From the human T2T-CHM13v2.0 reference genome, Homo sapiens: DNA of 64,000 nt. This document shows, in pieces, positions 57,743 through 64,000 of the stretch. The notes beneath the pieces are model-generated. The model ran no database searches. It was not told the DNA's origin and was given only the letters and a program-made list of their open reading frames with translations. The DNA lies in assembly GCF_009914755.1 (NCBI RefSeq), contig NC_060929.1. One strand, given 5' to 3'. The translations under genes and the position numbers were made by a program. The first letter of the stretch is position 1. Each line of letters begins with the position of its first letter.

Positions 57743-58929
57743 TTATGCAATGAGACACAGAGGGAGAGATGAGAGTTGGGGGTCCAGGGGTGGGTGAGAG
57801 AGAGAGAGAGAGAGAGAGAAATAAGCTGAAGGTATTAATTCCTGGGGTTTTGGCTCCTGCAGCCTCCCCTTCAACCACTTATTCTTCCTCAACTATGAGA
57901 GTGATCAATCCTCTTTCTGTTTACTGTCATTTGATTTAGGTTTCCTTAACTAGCCACCATGAGTCCTGACTCACACGAAGGTTTGTGGTGAGGCCTAAGT
58001 GAGACGCCATCTGCAAAGTCCAGTCTCACCTGGGTGGAAGTACAACCTCGTCTCTGATATAAGTTCCATTTCCTCCCTTTCCCCCCAACTTTTCCTTTTC
58101 ACCTGCCAGGCTGGAGGCTCAGGGGACTTGGAGGGGAAGAGGGTGTAGGCTGTTCTTTTATTCCTTCTTGCCCTCCCTTACCTTGCACAACAGGGAACTG
58201 CAGCCACCTATTTTGGAGACACTTCCAGCCTGCCTCCTCTTCTGGGGTCAAGAAATAGGAGGAGGAAGAGGGATGAGGACAAATGAGTCTGCTTGCCAAA
58301 TGCTCTTGTCCTTTTCAATTTTTTGGCTGTCACTGCCAAAGTTTCTGGCCAACACTTGATGAGTCTTCGATGGCCTCAGTGTGGAAGGTGCTGGAGTGGC
58401 TCTCACAGGGGCACATGTGTGTGGCGTGGAGGAGGAGAGGGACAGAACCCCTGCAGTCTGCATTTAGCAGATGAATGACTCCAAATCCCCCAGATTTTCT
58501 CTTCCATGCTTTCCTGTCTTCTGCTTAGCTAGTAGGGCAGGCATGGGATAGGACTGAGGTGGCTTTGTGGTGCCAATTCCACCCTTCTTAGTAAACCCTC
58601 AAGGGTAGGCAAACCTTGCCCATCCAAGTGCCCTGGTCAGTTGGCCTTGTGCAGCCACCTTCTCGGCCCGAGCTTCGGATGGCAGGGAACCTGTCCTCTT
58701 CATCACTGTACCCATGGCATGGAACAGATGCCAGTGTGTGTTTATGCGATGAATAAATGAGGGCATTAGTGGCTTTGCACGGGAGAGAAATCAAAAGAAA
58801 ACGAGCTGGGTTGTATCCAGGGAAAAAGAACTCGTAATATTCATCTTCTGCCAGAGATGGAGACAAAGGATGGAAAACCAAGTTGTAACCACACACAGCT
58901 GAAAGCAGGAACAGGAGAAAAACAACAGC

Positions 58930-59110
58930 TTCACATTTATACTCCTCGGAGTTCAGAACATCCAAGAAAACATTACATGATGTTCATTATTTCACTTAAT
59001 CCTCGCAACCATCCTCTGGGGGCAGGTACTATTAACCCATTGTGCTGAGGTGCAAACTGGGGCTCAGGAAGCAAAGTGCCTTGCCCAAGGTCAGACAGGT
59101 GGTGGGTCTG
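58930..59110 (-). mobile_element. MIR
   Basis: cttaatcctcgcaaccatcct...aaactggggctcagg...cttgcccaaggtca. Confidence 0.7.
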
Positions 59111-59741
59111 GTGTCCCAACTCACAGTTGCCCCTGGAACTTTCCATGGCCCCAAGATGCCACCATCAGCAAGAATCACTGAAGTCATTTAACTTACGCTG
59201 AAGACTCATCCTGGCAGCTCTCCTCAGCTATTCTAGGAAGTCAGACAAGGCCAGGGCAGCTGTGTCAGAAAATATCTCTGCCTTGAGGTTTGAAGATCTA
59301 GGAGTTCCCTGACCTCAAACCATCAGAGCTTCTGAAATGACTTAAAGAGACAGCTACAAGCTTCTCCAACAGAGGGAAGATGTTTCTTGGATGCTCTTTT
59401 TTCCTTTTAATCTTACATTCTACTTGGCTCTCTCCTAGCCCCCACCACTGCCATTCAATGTTTTTTTTTTCTTTTAAGACAGTCTTAAGAATGGCAGAAA
59501 GGTGATAGTTGAAGCCAAGTGTGGGTACATGGGGATCACTGTTAGTTTCTCTACTTCTGCCTCAGTGTGAACATTTGCCCAGAATGAGGGTCTATGACAA
59601 GGCGGGTTTGTGTCCTGTGGTGAAGGGCTGCTTGGTCATTGGATTCTCATGCAGTCAGAAAATATTATTTCCGAAGTCTGTTTAGATCAGGGGTCTGCAG
59701 AATCACAGCCTATGGCTGACTATTTTTTGAAATAAAGTTTT

Positions 59742-62423
<2,682 letters not shown>

Positions 62424-62649
62424 ACTGCAGCCTCTGCCTCCAGGGTTCAAGCAATTCTCATGCCTCAGCGTCCTGAGTAGCTGGGACTACAGGCGTGCAC
62501 CACCACGCCCGGCTAATTTTTTGTATTTTTTAATAGAGATGGAGTTTCATCATGTTGGCCAGGATGGTCTTGGTCTCCTGACCTAGTGATCCACCCCACT
62601 TGGCCTCCCAAAGTGGTGGGATTACAGGCATGAGCCACTATGCCTGGCT
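62424..62649 (-). mobile_element. AluSc/Sg-like, 3'-truncated, fused to the L1 5' end
   Basis: Intact Alu 5' end and left arm; right arm stops at gaggctgcagt; no Alu tail. Confidence 0.92.
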
Positions 62650-62843
62650 GGAAATAAAGTTTTATTGGAGTACAGCCACACTCATTCATCTAATCACTCA
62701 TTTAGTGTCTGTGATTACTAAGCAGATCTGTGAAGGCAGAGCTGAGTAGTTGTGACTGAGACCTAATGGACAGCTAGTCCTAAGATATTTACTATCTGGA
62801 CTTTTAAGAAAATGTTTGTCTATTAGACAAATGTGGTTTAGAC

Positions 62844-62914
62844 TGATGATGATGATGACGATCATGACAATGATAATGATGGTGGTGACGATGTCAGTGA
62901 TGATGATAATGATG
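62844..62914. repeat. Degenerate (GAT)n
   Basis: Read directly from the sequence. Confidence 0.85.
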
Positions 62915-64000
62915 TAACTGATTTACCTTAAGTCACGCCAAGAAATGTGTGAGTACTTCCACCAGATGTGGACCCAGCAGTAAAGGAGGGCAGCTGGGCA
63001 CGGCTTTAACTTCTGCTGAGAGGATCTCCTGGAAGGAGCAGCCAGCACTAAATAAAGGGATGGCCAAGGGACAAGGGCCTAAGGGGAGACTGGAGACAGC
63101 AAAAGGAAAGGCATCTCTATCATATGAGTTCCAGCAGAGGATCCCAGCAGAGGAGCCCCCAGAGAACCCACGGAAACACCCTCAGTGGGCAATCTCAGCT
63201 TTAACACCTTCTCGAACCAGAGAATGCAAAGCTGCCCTGTTGTGTAAGAAATGTTGCTTCCCCTTTCCTCTCCTCCTTTCCATCCTGAGTGGGTTATGAA
63301 AGAGCAGCTGGCAAGTGCAGAGGAAGGGCAGGTGCAGTCAGTAGAGAAGATTACTTGTTGACCCTACCTGTCCCTTCCACTGAGGTTGGCTTTACCTGAG
63401 GAAGGAGTGGAGGAGCAGCAGCTTTACCTTTGGGAGGAGAGGGAGAGGTTGATTAATATCATGGACGGACACTGTTAGTTTCTGAATTGAGGCTGTGGCT
63501 GGGGATTTAAGTGGCTTAGGTCTGCCTCTGCCACACAGGAGGGAGGGGCAGGAGAGGCATGGGGACTTTCCTTCTCATTCAGGAGACAGAGAAAGGTGGT
63601 TTTTGACCACTTTGTGCAAGACGTTCTTGTTTAATGTAACAGTTACAGTGATAACAATGACAAGAGAGTCACAACAATGACCTCTTTATGGCACCGGAGT
63701 AGTCCCTCTACCTTTTGCACTCCTAGCCCTGACCATAAGGCATGTGACTTTGACGACAACAGTCCTCTAACCTCACCCGTCTGTCCATCCTCCTTACTGG
63801 CCTCCCTCTGAATGCAAAGCTCCAGCCCCACAGTTTGTGTGCCCTTACCTGAAACTGATATTCTCCTTTTTCTTTCTCCGTTGGTACCAGCTCTTACTTT
63901 TACCAAATGCCTTCCTCCTCATTTAACTATCTGCCTCCTCCTCAACTTGAAGACTCTCCGACCACCCAGTGTATTGTAGCCACTTCTTCCTGTCTTATTA

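Overview
Primate, most likely human, non-coding DNA. I see no protein-coding exon, tRNA/rRNA gene, CpG island or CRISPR array. Roughly half the window is interspersed repeats: Alu J/S/Y, L1 from old L1M/HAL1 to L1PA, MaLR/ERVL/ERV1 solo LTRs, MIR, L2, L3/CR1 and DNA-transposon MITEs. The only recognisably protein-like ORFs are L1 ORF2 remnants. The most notable structures are: (1) an Alu-L1 composite flanked by one TSD inside a MER58 (59.7-62.7 kb); (2) an Alu interrupted by a 141-bp copy of DNA lying 2.4 kb downstream, ending in a fold-back junction (5.1-5.3 kb); (3) a 60-bp local inverted duplication bracketing an L1 fragment (48.0-48.5 kb); (4) an 8.6-kb three-layer nested L1 stack; (5) a MER85 that keeps its CSB-PGBD3 palindrome; and (6) divergent MLT2 LTRs with DUX4-like motifs. 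Repeat subfamilies were assigned by eye from remembered consensus sequences and need RepeatMasker/Dfam confirmation. The boundaries of old repeats are approximate, and I could not identify the locus. I found no convincing new gene system.
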